From an uncultured Gammaproteobacteria bacterium (GTDB lineage: Bacteria; Pseudomonadota; Gammaproteobacteria; Steroidobacterales; MnTg04), in NCBI GenBank assembly GCA_964568075.1, contig CAZMOM010000009.1, positions 22,016 to 86,015 on the forward strand: a stretch of 64,000 nt of DNA. Direction: 5' to 3'. Positions 46,647-54,945 of the stretch are shown in pieces (position 1 is the stretch's first letter; the number at the start of each line of letters is the position of its first letter). Under the pieces are notes generated by a model, which made no database searches, was not told the DNA's origin, and saw only the letters and a program-made list of their open reading frames with translations. Position numbers and translations under genes: made by a program.

Positions 46647-47051
46647 TCAGCGCTGTGCCTCGACCAATTCCACACCCGAGCATTCGCGATTACCGCTTGC
46701 CAGCACGGCCTTTAGCCGATAACTCACCCCAGGTTCTGTTTTCACTTTTATTATGTATCGAGACAGGTTGTTCGATTTGCCGACACCACAGTCCACCAAC
46801 AACTCGTGTTCACCGGGCAAAACCTTTGCACTGTATTCGAAAGAGCTCAGGCTTCTATCGTCGACCTTGCGCAGGTAAACATTGACGGGGCTGTTGAAAC
46901 GCCATTTGTAGTCCCCCCAGATTGTCCCCGCCGGTTCACCTGATTCTCCGTCACCTGCGGCCACAGGCAACGTACCGCAGGCACTGGTCAGCCAAGCCAG
47001 CACAACCAGCGATAAAATTTTTCCTGTGCGAGTCAACTGTGGGAGCGGCAT
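46647..47051 (-). CDS. hypothetical lipoprotein
   Basis: Lipobox LTSAC, then a beta-rich region (VYLRKVDD, KVLPGEHELLVDC) with a Cys pair. Confidence 0.65.
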   Translation of the reverse strand: MPLPQLTRTGKILSLVVLAWLTSACGTLPVAAGDGESGEPAGTIWGDYKWRFNSPVNVYLRKVDDRSLSSFEYSAKVLPGEHELLVDCGVGKSNNLSRYIIKVKTEPGVSYRLKAVLASGNRECSGVELVEAQR

Positions 47052-47208
47052 GTATCGACCGTATCAGTTTCGGGGAATCCTATCGGCGTCATAAGTTCGA
47101 TGTCAGCAGTAATTTTTGTCGGCGAATACCAAGCGAGCTCTTGCTGGAATCGAGAGGCGACTCGACTGAAAGAGCCTGGAGCAAAATACATACTATAGGT
47201 CTTCGCAA

Positions 47209-47553
47209 TCAGAATGGTGTCCTGGGACAAGACTCGTTCATCGCCATTGCAAACTCTCCGGCCGCCGCATATCGACCATAGTCACTATTTGACTCGATAT
47301 ACGCCGCAAACGCCTGGTGGAGCTGATCCATCGTGCGCTCTCTGACGCAGTCCAGAAGCCAGCGGCGGCCGCTCAAATTACTTCCCTGGGACATCAACAA
47401 CAAGCCGTCAACCACACCGGCGATCCAGGCGCGCTGGTGACCCGCATTCAGTTGCTGATAGTCGTCAACGGTGAGGTATGCGTCCGCGCAGAGTTGTGAA
47501 AACGGGCATAGAAAAAAGAAAAACAGAACTAATCTGCCAGCGAGTCCGGTCAC
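47209..47553 (-). CDS. small secreted protein, Rap1a/Tai4-like pattern
   Basis: Signal peptide, W/Y-I-x-G-V-x-D-G..C..T..Q L...Y..N..AA....AM...CP spacing with two Cys. Family call is inference. Confidence 0.5.
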   Translation of the reverse strand: MTGLAGRLVLFFFFLCPFSQLCADAYLTVDDYQQLNAGHQRAWIAGVVDGLLLMSQGSNLSGRRWLLDCVRERTMDQLHQAFAAYIESNSDYGRYAAAGEFAMAMNESCPRTPF

Positions 47554-47622
47554 AGCGAAGTCCGGTCATTTCAGTGCGACTACTCTAGCAGAGCCGGCCG
47601 CCGCTGTCGGGGTCAAGGCGTC

Positions 47623-48021
47623 CTATTCGGGACCAGGGATATTCGGGCAGGGCAGGCTACCGGAACAGCTGGACTGGTCCAGGCAGTCCCGGTTCATTTG
47701 CTGCAGTTCATCCGCCGCCAGGTGCAATTGATCAATTTTCTGCAATATCTCAGCGTGTTTATTTTCCAGAATTCGACTCACAGCGTGGCAATCATTCTGG
47801 CTCACTTCAAGCAAACCGGTGACTTCCCGCAGTGTAAACCCAAGCGTTTTCAGACGCCGTATAAAAAGCAGCCGTTCCACCGTTTTTTCGGTATAAAAGC
47901 GAAAACCGCCACTCTTCGGTGGCTCCTTTACCAGTCCTATGCGCTGGTAATAACGAATTGTTTCAACATTGATACCAACTTGGCGCGCTACAGTTCCAAT
48001 CGTCGGCTGATTTCTGCTCAT
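47623..48021 (-). CDS. MerR family transcriptional regulator (metal-responsive type)
   Basis: TIG.VA..VG..VETIRYYQRIGL HTH, GFTLRE, Cys78/113/119/125. Confidence 0.88.
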   Translation of the reverse strand: MSRNQPTIGTVARQVGINVETIRYYQRIGLVKEPPKSGGFRFYTEKTVERLLFIRRLKTLGFTLREVTGLLEVSQNDCHAVSRILENKHAEILQKIDQLHLAADELQQMNRDCLDQSSCSGSLPCPNIPGPE

Positions 48022-48106
48022 GGCACTCGGTTCCTTTCACATCTCGACCAATTCTAACAAAGGGTACGAGCCGGCCGGATCGGAGAATCCCTGATTTTTT
48101 CGCAGC

Positions 48107-48133
48107 AAAAAAAAAGCGGCCCGAAGGCCGCTT
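48107..48133 (-). terminator. Rho-independent terminator after nrdJb
   Basis: AAGCGGCC-TTCG-GGCCGCTT stem with a C(UUCG)G loop, followed by a U-run (A9 on the plus strand at 48107-48115, overlapping the stem base). Confidence 0.92.
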
Positions 48134-48163
48134 AAAGTCAGACAGGCCGCATCCAGCAGCCCG

Positions 48164-48874
48164 TCAGCCGCACTTGGAATCCCCGCAATTAAGACAGGTC
48201 ATGCACCCGTCCAGGCGTACGAGGGCGACCGTGTTGCACTTGGCGCACAATTGGGCTCCCTCGGGAAATTCACTTTTTGCAAAAGCATCGGCTTGCTTGC
48301 TTTGCTCGATAAATTCTTCCCGTTTTTCCTCAATCATTTTCTTCTGATGTTCGTCCAGGTCCGTCTTGGCCAGCAAGCCGATCTTTTGCAAATGCCTTTC
48401 GATGACATGTCCGAGTTCCGCAATCACCGACGGCATATATTTACCGCCCGGCAGCCAGTAACCACCACGCGGATCGAAAACCGCTTTCATTTCCTCGACC
48501 AGAAACGTTACATCTCCGCCTTTGCGAAAAACCGCCGACATCATTCGGGTCATCGCGACGATCCATTGGAAATGATCAAGATTTTTCGTGTTGATAAAAA
48601 TTTCGAAGGGTCTGCGGCCTTCGTGTTCTGTTCCGGCATTCAAAACGATGTCGTTTATGGTTACGTACATCGCATGATCCATGACCGGGCTTTTCAGCTT
48701 GTAAGTAGAGCCTTCCAGCGTTTCAGGCCGCTCAAGCTTTTCGTGCATACGCACGACTTTGGGTTTTGCTTCCTGCTTCCTCTCGGCACCTCCAGCCGCC
48801 CGGCCGCCGTCCTGCATATCGGCCTTAGCGACCCGATAGTTAACAATTTTCCCTTTAATTTGCACGGGTTTCAT
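48164..48874 (-). CDS. nrdJb: class II ribonucleotide reductase small C-terminal subunit (NrdJb/TSCPD)
   Basis: HEKLERPETLEGSTYK, RPFEIFIN, SAVFRKGGDV, C-terminal CAKC...GCMTCLNCGDSKCG. Confidence 0.9.
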   Translation of the reverse strand: MKPVQIKGKIVNYRVAKADMQDGGRAAGGAERKQEAKPKVVRMHEKLERPETLEGSTYKLKSPVMDHAMYVTINDIVLNAGTEHEGRRPFEIFINTKNLDHFQWIVAMTRMMSAVFRKGGDVTFLVEEMKAVFDPRGGYWLPGGKYMPSVIAELGHVIERHLQKIGLLAKTDLDEHQKKMIEEKREEFIEQSKQADAFAKSEFPEGAQLCAKCNTVALVRLDGCMTCLNCGDSKCG

Positions 48875-48914
48875 TTATTCCTACTCCCAGGCCTGTGCGA
48901 CAGGCCCACTCTCT

Positions 48915-49091
48915 CTAATTGTTCGGTTTGGGCAAGCCGCCAGCTACCTGCCGCTCAAGCCAGGAAGTTACGGGTATGTCCTGGTCGTCCTTAACCATCA
49001 GCCCGGCACAAAGCCAGTTCTGACGGCCCGCCCAATTTTCGTATGTCGCCTTTTCTTTCTGCTTTCTCCAATTGCGTAGATAGACGCCCAT
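48915..49091 (-). CDS. small hypothetical protein (58 aa) between nrdJa and nrdJb
   Basis: AGGAG RBS 5-6 nt upstream of ATG 49091. MGVYLRNWRKQKEKATYENWAGRQNWLCAGLMVKDDQDIPVTSWLERQVAGGLPKPNN*. Confidence 0.45.
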   Translation of the reverse strand: MGVYLRNWRKQKEKATYENWAGRQNWLCAGLMVKDDQDIPVTSWLERQVAGGLPKPNN

Positions 49092-49214
49092 TTTTTCTCC
49101 TGATGCCCGGTCTGACTCTGTTCGTTGCTGCCTCGAAAAAGGAAGGGGACCGAAAAAACGCAAGCGGATTAACGATCCACCTTCTAGGTCAGGAGCACAA
49201 AATCTCAATGAATG

Positions 49215-51362
49215 TCAGAATTTCCCGTAATAGCCCTCTTTCAATGCATCGAAAAGATTGGCGGCGCTATGAATTTCGCCGTCGTACTCGATCTCTTCGT
49301 TGCCCTTCAACTCCATTTCCGATCCGTCTTCCAGAGTAAAAACATAGGTCGTGTTTTGCAGGTCTTTTTCCTTGACCAGCACTCCCTGGAAAGCCTCCGG
49401 ATTGAAACGGAACGTCGTACAGCCCTTTAGTCCTTTCTCATGGGCATAAACATAAATGTCCTTGAACTCCTCGTACGAAAAGTCTGTCGGCACATTCGCT
49501 GTTTTCGAAATTGATGAATCCACCCATTTCTGGGCTGCCGCCTGAATATCCACATGCTGGCACGGCGCAATATCCTCGGCCGTCGTGAAATAATCCGGCA
49601 ATTTGTTTTCCGGGGTCTCCGCTGCGGCATCGGCGTTGGGATTCACCATTTCCCGATAGGCCAGCAACTCAAAAGAATAAACGTCTATTTTTTCTTTCGT
49701 CTTGCGTCCTTCCTTGACGACATTCCGAAAATAATGGTGTGCAAAAGTCGGTTCAATTCCATTACTCGCGTTATTAGCAAGCGACAGCGAAATAGTTCCC
49801 GTCGGGGCAATTGAGCTGTGGTGGGTAAAGCGACTGCCCACTTCGGCCAGCTCTTCAACCAGTTCCGGAGCTACTTCCGCTATTTTCTGCATGTAACGGC
49901 TGTAACGTGCGTGCAATATCTTGCCGGGAATCTGGGCACCGAGCTGCCAGCCATCGCGCTTCATTTTCGGTCGTTTGCGCAGCATTTCCGGCGTGACCGT
50001 GAAAACCTTGCTCATGACGGGTGCAGGACCCTTCTCTCGGCTCAACTCCAACGCAGTCTCCCAACCAGCCAGAGCCAATTCCCTGGCAACATTCTCCGTG
50101 AAATCCACTGATTTCTCGTCGCCGTACCGCATGCCCATCATCGTCATCGTCGATCCAAGACCAAGAAACCCCATGCCGTGTCGACGCTTGTTCATAATTT
50201 CGTCACGCTGTTTGCCAAGTGGCAAGCCATTGATTTCTACAACATTATCGAGCATTCGGGTGAATACCTTGACGACGCGGCGATATTCATCCCAGTCAAA
50301 GCCTGCATTGGGTGTGAACGGGTCGTTTACAAATCGCGTCAGATTGACTGAGCCAAGCAGACAAGAACCATAGGGAGGCAGCGGCTGTTCGCCGCAGGGA
50401 TTAGTCGCCCGAATATTTTCCGTCCACCAGTTGTTGTTCAGTTCATTGACCCGGTCAATGAGAATGAACCCCGGCTCCGCGAAGTCGTATGTGGAGCTCA
50501 TAATAACGTCCCACACACGTTGCGCCGGAATGGTTTTATAAATCAGGCAGGCAACCAGGCCATCATCGTTACGGACAAAATCGCCTTCGCCGGGCCATTC
50601 TCGCCAGATATATTTGCTACTGTCCTGTAAATCAAGATTTTCTTTAACCGCTTCCCGCCTGCTCACGGGAAATGCGAGATGCCACGGCTTGTCTTCCCGG
50701 ACAGCCTGCATGAATTCATCTGTGATCAGCAGCGATAAATTAAACTGGCGGAGACGCCCGGCTTCACGTTTGGCGCGAATAAAGTCGAGTACGTCAGGAT
50801 GGCCAATATCGAACGTGCCCATTTGTGCGCCCCGCCTTCCGCCGGCAGAGGACACCGTGAAACACATCTTGTCATAGACGTCCATGAAGGAAAGCGGCCC
50901 TGACGTATAGGCTCCTGCGCCAGACACATAAGCTCCGCGCGGTCTCAACGTCGAAAACTCATAACCGATGCCGCAACCGGCCTTCAGCGTCATGCCGGCT
51001 TCTTTTACCTTATCCAGTATTTCGGACATCGAGTCATTAATGGTTCCGGACACAGTGCAATTAATAGTCGAGGTGGCCGGCTTGTGCTCTATCGCACCGG
51101 CGTTGGAGATGATGCGTCCAGCCGGTATGGCGCCCTTGCGTAACGCCCAGATAAACCTTTCGGCCCAGTATTCCTGTTTTTCCGGAACCTCAACAGCGGC
51201 GAGCGCCCCAGCCACCCGCTGATAGGTATCGTCCAACTCCTGGTCGAGGATTGTGCCGTCTTTCGTTTTGAGCCTGTATTTGGTATCCCAAATATCCAGA
51301 GAGGCTGTCTGAAAAGTAATCTCACCCACGTCCCTTGGATCGATTTTTCTCGCTGTTTTCAT
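49215..51362 (-). CDS. nrdJa: adenosylcobalamin-dependent ribonucleoside-diphosphate reductase (class II) large subunit
   Basis: PAGRI.SNAG, TINCTVS, RRGAQMG, ATNPCGEQPL, CLLGSVNL, RRHGMG, SIAPTGTIS, KGCTTFR. No intein seen. Start re-called to ATG 51362. Confidence 0.95.
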   Translation of the reverse strand: MKTARKIDPRDVGEITFQTASLDIWDTKYRLKTKDGTILDQELDDTYQRVAGALAAVEVPEKQEYWAERFIWALRKGAIPAGRIISNAGAIEHKPATSTINCTVSGTINDSMSEILDKVKEAGMTLKAGCGIGYEFSTLRPRGAYVSGAGAYTSGPLSFMDVYDKMCFTVSSAGGRRGAQMGTFDIGHPDVLDFIRAKREAGRLRQFNLSLLITDEFMQAVREDKPWHLAFPVSRREAVKENLDLQDSSKYIWREWPGEGDFVRNDDGLVACLIYKTIPAQRVWDVIMSSTYDFAEPGFILIDRVNELNNNWWTENIRATNPCGEQPLPPYGSCLLGSVNLTRFVNDPFTPNAGFDWDEYRRVVKVFTRMLDNVVEINGLPLGKQRDEIMNKRRHGMGFLGLGSTMTMMGMRYGDEKSVDFTENVARELALAGWETALELSREKGPAPVMSKVFTVTPEMLRKRPKMKRDGWQLGAQIPGKILHARYSRYMQKIAEVAPELVEELAEVGSRFTHHSSIAPTGTISLSLANNASNGIEPTFAHHYFRNVVKEGRKTKEKIDVYSFELLAYREMVNPNADAAAETPENKLPDYFTTAEDIAPCQHVDIQAAAQKWVDSSISKTANVPTDFSYEEFKDIYVYAHEKGLKGCTTFRFNPEAFQGVLVKEKDLQNTTYVFTLEDGSEMELKGNEEIEYDGEIHSAANLFDALKEGYYGKF

Positions 51363-51505
51363 AGCCCGGTCTTGAGTCCCCTTTACATGCGATGACAGGC
51401 ATCGCTTTTTGATTTTTGCCGCTCTGTAGTCCATTACTTTTGGGCTGGCGGTTGTTTTTCCCGGTTCCTGACTGATTTTTGGCAAAATTGCTGGCAATCA
51501 GGAAA

Positions 51506-51521
51506 ACACAATATGTAGTGC
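51506..51521. promoter_or_regulatory. NrdR box
   Basis: ACACAATATGTAGTGC versus consensus acaCwAtATaTwGtgt, upstream of nrdJa. Confidence 0.75.
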
Positions 51522-51670
51522 CGGGAAAGAAAGATTATGCCGTCATATATTCCCTGTCAAGGTATTTTTATAGTAGGAAAACTCTTTAAGTCTCAAAGGT
51601 TTATAGTGTAAATATCAATTTCTCTATTAAATTCAGTTGACTGGGTGGACAAACGGCTCAAATTGCTGCA

Positions 51671-51686
51671 CCACAAGATATTGTGT
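51671..51686. promoter_or_regulatory. NrdR box
   Basis: CCACAAGATATTGTGT versus the same consensus. Confidence 0.7.
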
Positions 51687-51704
51687 TCACCGGATGCTGA
51701 CAAC

Positions 51705-51713
51705 TTATTCACA
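51705..51713 (+). promoter_or_regulatory. DnaA box
   Basis: TTATTCACA matches TTWTNCACA. Weaker boxes at 51644-51652 (minus, TTGTCCACC) and 51728-51736 (TTATCCCCG). Confidence 0.55.
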
Positions 51714-51752
51714 GCCCGCCCACAGGCTTATCCCCGCTGCGACTACTCCCGA

Positions 51753-51778
51753 CTTGAAATTCACGGAACTGGCCATAA
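51753..51778 (+). promoter_or_regulatory. probable sigma32 (RpoH) promoter for hsp20
   Basis: CTTGAAA ... GGCCATAA resembles CTTGAA-N-CCCCATnT; spacer slightly short. Upstream of a heat-shock gene. Confidence 0.55.
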
Positions 51779-51819
51779 ATCACAGTCAGGAATTTAGTGA
51801 TTAATTTGGAGGTTTTGAG

Positions 51820-52254
51820 ATGAACTTGATTCGCTATCAGCCGTGGGGCCTGATGAACGGGCTGCACCACGACCTGGACCGATTACTGGAACGGCAATGT
51901 GACGACGCTCGGGCGACGATTTGCGACTGGTCGCCCACCACAGACATCAGGGAAGAAGACGACCGGTTTGTTTTGCGGGCCGACGTTCCTGGTGTCGATC
52001 CCAAAGACATTGAAATTACGATGGAAAAAGGCGTTTTGACGGTTCGAGGCGTAAGATCTGCAGAAAAGGAAATTGAGAAACAGTCTTATCTGCGTGTGGA
52101 ACGCACGACCGGCAGTTTTTGCCGGCGATTCAATCTGCCAGATACCGCTGACTCGGACAATATAACGGCCAAAAGCACGCTGGGGGTGCTTGAAGTTGTT
52201 ATTCCAAAGCATGCGGAGATTCAGCCGAGGCGTATCGATATCCAGGTCGACTAA
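51820..52254 (+). CDS. Hsp20/alpha-crystallin small heat-shock protein
   Basis: WSPTTDIRE, ADVPGV..KDIEI, ERTTGSF.RRF.LP, A....GVLEV.IPK. GGAGG RBS. Confidence 0.93.
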   Translation: MNLIRYQPWGLMNGLHHDLDRLLERQCDDARATICDWSPTTDIREEDDRFVLRADVPGVDPKDIEITMEKGVLTVRGVRSAEKEIEKQSYLRVERTTGSFCRRFNLPDTADSDNITAKSTLGVLEVVIPKHAEIQPRRIDIQVD

Positions 52255-52380
52255 CAGCTGGAACTTAAGCAGGCAGGGAAATCCGGCGGAACTTTTTACC
52301 GGTTTTCCCTGTCCGCATTTTGCAGCTGTACAATAAACGGACTCCGGGAATCCCGGTGCCACATAAATTTTGGAGTATCC

Positions 52381-53742
52381 ATGAGAAGCAATAGAAATAT
52401 TCTGGTCCTGGCATTCATTTCCATACTGATTGCCTTGCCTGCCGGCGCGACGATTTTTCCAACCAACGACGAGGACGGCACACCAACGCTCGCGCCGCTG
52501 ATTGAAAGTGCTTCGCCTGCCGTCGTCAATATCGCGACGACCGGGATAGTTGAATCGACCGGCAGACGCTACAATCCGTTTGGGAACGATCCGTTCTTCC
52601 GCCGCTTTTTCCCCAATGTGCCATCTCAACCGCGCCGTTTCCAGAGCGCCGGTTCCGGTGTCATCGTTGATGCGGATAACGGTTACATCATTACTAATCA
52701 CCACGTCGTTGAGCACGCCGATGAAATCACCGTTACGATGTTTGACGACAGAACCCTGAAGGCGACCGTCGTAGGAAAGGATCCCGGATCCGACCTGGCA
52801 GTCCTGAAAGTGGATGCAAACAACCTCAAGGAAATTCCGCTGGCCGACTCGAACAAAGCGCGGGTCGGAGATTTTGTCGTTGCGATCGGCAATCCATTTG
52901 GTCTGCAACACACCGTGACGTCGGGCATCATCAGCGCGCTGGGCCGGCACGGTATTAATCCTGACGGCTATGAAGACTTCATCCAGACGGATGCCTCGAT
53001 CAACCCGGGTAATTCCGGTGGCGCGTTGATAAATCTGAAGGGCGAATTGGTGGGCATTAACAGCGCCATCATTTCCGGTGGTGGCGGCAACATCGGTATT
53101 GGTTTTGCTATTCCGTCCAATATGGTCAGGTCGGTCATGAGCCAGATCATCGAGTTTGGCGAGGTGCGGCGCGGCTTGCTTGGCGTGCAAATCTATTCGC
53201 TGACTCCGGCGATCGCAAAGGAAATAGACAAGGAGAGTACGGCGGGAGCGCTGGTTTCGCAGGTCGGAGAAGGGTCGGCCGCTGCCGAGGCCGGGATCGA
53301 GCCCGGTGATATTATCGTGGAAGTTGACGGCGAAATCGTTAAGGACTCCGCCAATCTACGCAATATCATCGGCATGAAGCCGATCGGCGAGGACGTAAAA
53401 ATTGGCATCTGGCGCGATGGCAAAACGTCGACGCTGATCGCCAGACTGGGTGAACAGGTCCAGCACGATCCAGTCGACGGTGCGGACATTCACGCCGGGC
53501 TCGACGGTGCCAGCCTGGTGAGCACAGACATGGGCAGCAACCCCGAGGGCGTTCTGATTGCTGGCGTCGAGCCAAACAGCCCCGCTGCACAAAGAGGTTT
53601 GCGAAACAACGACATCATCACGGAGGTCAATCGTCGTAAGGTCGAGGATATCGACCAATTCCGCAACCGGGCTGAAGGTGCAGAGGCTTTGCTGCTGACG
53701 ATTAGAAGAGGCAGCAACCGTTTGCTGATACCGATTCAGTAA
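52381..53742 (+). CDS. DegP/DegQ (HtrA/Do) periplasmic serine protease with two PDZ domains
   Basis: Signal peptide, GSGVI, TNHHVV, SDLAVLK, IQTDASINPGNSGG, and two PDZ repeats. Confidence 0.95.
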   Translation: MRSNRNILVLAFISILIALPAGATIFPTNDEDGTPTLAPLIESASPAVVNIATTGIVESTGRRYNPFGNDPFFRRFFPNVPSQPRRFQSAGSGVIVDADNGYIITNHHVVEHADEITVTMFDDRTLKATVVGKDPGSDLAVLKVDANNLKEIPLADSNKARVGDFVVAIGNPFGLQHTVTSGIISALGRHGINPDGYEDFIQTDASINPGNSGGALINLKGELVGINSAIISGGGGNIGIGFAIPSNMVRSVMSQIIEFGEVRRGLLGVQIYSLTPAIAKEIDKESTAGALVSQVGEGSAAAEAGIEPGDIIVEVDGEIVKDSANLRNIIGMKPIGEDVKIGIWRDGKTSTLIARLGEQVQHDPVDGADIHAGLDGASLVSTDMGSNPEGVLIAGVEPNSPAAQRGLRNNDIITEVNRRKVEDIDQFRNRAEGAEALLLTIRRGSNRLLIPIQ

Positions 53743-53750
53743 CGGGACCG

Positions 53751-53789
53751 AAAAGAAAACAAGAGCCCGGCAGATACCGGGCTTTCGTT
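53751..53789. terminator. probable bidirectional terminator after degP
   Basis: AGCCCGG-CAGATA-CCGGGCT stem, TTTCGTT downstream and an A-rich tract upstream. Confidence 0.7.
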
Positions 53790-53985
53790 GATTGGCCCTT
53801 TTGAAAAACGTTAAAACAAAAGTATCCGCAACCCGACCGCCAGCAGCAGAAACACCAGCGTACTTCTCACCGCGATCCCGGGCAATCGCTCGCTGCTTCG
53901 ATCATCTTGGCGGGCGACGCACTGGTCTGTTGCGGGAACCTCCTGTTGCGGTATTGTTAGCGGTATGCCGGAATGACGAGAGGGT

Positions 53986-54945
53986 ATGAGTAATTCAGCG
54001 ATCTGTGTTTTGGGAGGCACCGGTTTTGTCGGCCACAGTCTGATAGCCCGTCTGGCAACGGGTCGCCAACAGTTGCGCGTCGCGACCAGGTACCGCGAGG
54101 ATCATCGCGACCTTCTGGTGAACCCGAACCTGGAACTCATTAAATGCGATGTCCACAACCCGAGAACGCTGGACATGCTTGTTAACGGTTGCAGCACAGT
54201 CATCAATCTGGTCGGGATTCTTAACGAAAGCGGCCATGACGGCAAAGGTTTTTACCGGGCACATTCTGAATTGACCGACAGTGTGGTCGCCGCGTGCGTC
54301 AGAAACAAAGTGTCTCGGCTTGTCTATTTGAGTGCGCTGAATGCCGACAGCGAAAAAGGTCCAAGCCATTACCTGAGAAGCAAGGGCGAGGCCGAGAAAA
54401 TCATCCGCCGTGCCGGTGCGGATCTGGTCTTCAACATCTTGCAGCCTTCGGTCATTTTCGGCCCAAACGATTCCTTCACCAATCGCTTTGCCAGGTTATT
54501 AGCGGTTCTGCCGGTTTTCCCGCTGGCGATGCCCAGAACCCGTATGGCGCCGGTCTATGTCGAAGACGTGGTCAGCACCATCATGCGTTGTCTCGGAGAT
54601 CAGAAATTGAACGGCAAGACCTTGCAGTTGGGTGGCCCGCAGGTTTATTCGTTGAAAGAGATTGTGCAGTTAATCGCGAAATCCATGGGCCGCAGGCGGC
54701 TGGTCATCGGCTTGCCGGACGGACTCTCCCGAATTCAGGCATCGGTACTGGAGTACCTGCCGGGAAAACCTTTCTCACGCGATAATTTCCAGTCGTTACA
54801 GGCGCACAGCATCTGCACCGATGACAGCTTCGCCCGGCTGGGAATAAAACCGGATTCCTTCGCCCGGCTAATCCCGCGGTGGCTGGCGCCGGCGGCAAAC
54901 ATCGACCGGCTCGATATCACGCGGCAGCGCGCCGGACGTCATTAG
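53986..54945 (+). CDS. NDUFA9-like atypical SDR / NAD-dependent epimerase family protein
   Basis: GGTGFVG, VINLVGILNE, SALNAD, YLRSKGEAE, PSVIFGP, PVYVEDV. Confidence 0.9.
   Translation: MSNSAICVLGGTGFVGHSLIARLATGRQQLRVATRYREDHRDLLVNPNLELIKCDVHNPRTLDMLVNGCSTVINLVGILNESGHDGKGFYRAHSELTDSVVAACVRNKVSRLVYLSALNADSEKGPSHYLRSKGEAEKIIRRAGADLVFNILQPSVIFGPNDSFTNRFARLLAVLPVFPLAMPRTRMAPVYVEDVVSTIMRCLGDQKLNGKTLQLGGPQVYSLKEIVQLIAKSMGRRRLVIGLPDGLSRIQASVLEYLPGKPFSRDNFQSLQAHSICTDDSFARLGIKPDSFARLIPRWLAPAANIDRLDITRQRAGRH

Noticed and set aside
47033-47230. 65-aa minus-strand ORF between the lipoprotein and the Rap1a-like gene
   Set aside because: It overlaps both neighbours, with no RBS and no recognisable features.
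47539-47554. CRP-like site (minus strand TGTGA-CCGGAC-TCGCT)
   Set aside because: It overlaps the predicted start codon and has no -10 hexamer at class II spacing.
51500-51800. AT-rich region with DnaA boxes as oriC
   Set aside because: Only one consensus box, no dense array or 13-mer DUE, and not near dnaA/gidA. Better explained as the nrdJ promoter.
53811-53905. TGA followed by a Cys-rich frame suggesting a selenoprotein
   Set aside because: The Cys/Trp richness is the expected shifted reading of a Leu/Val-rich frame, and no SECIS-like hairpin follows the TGA.
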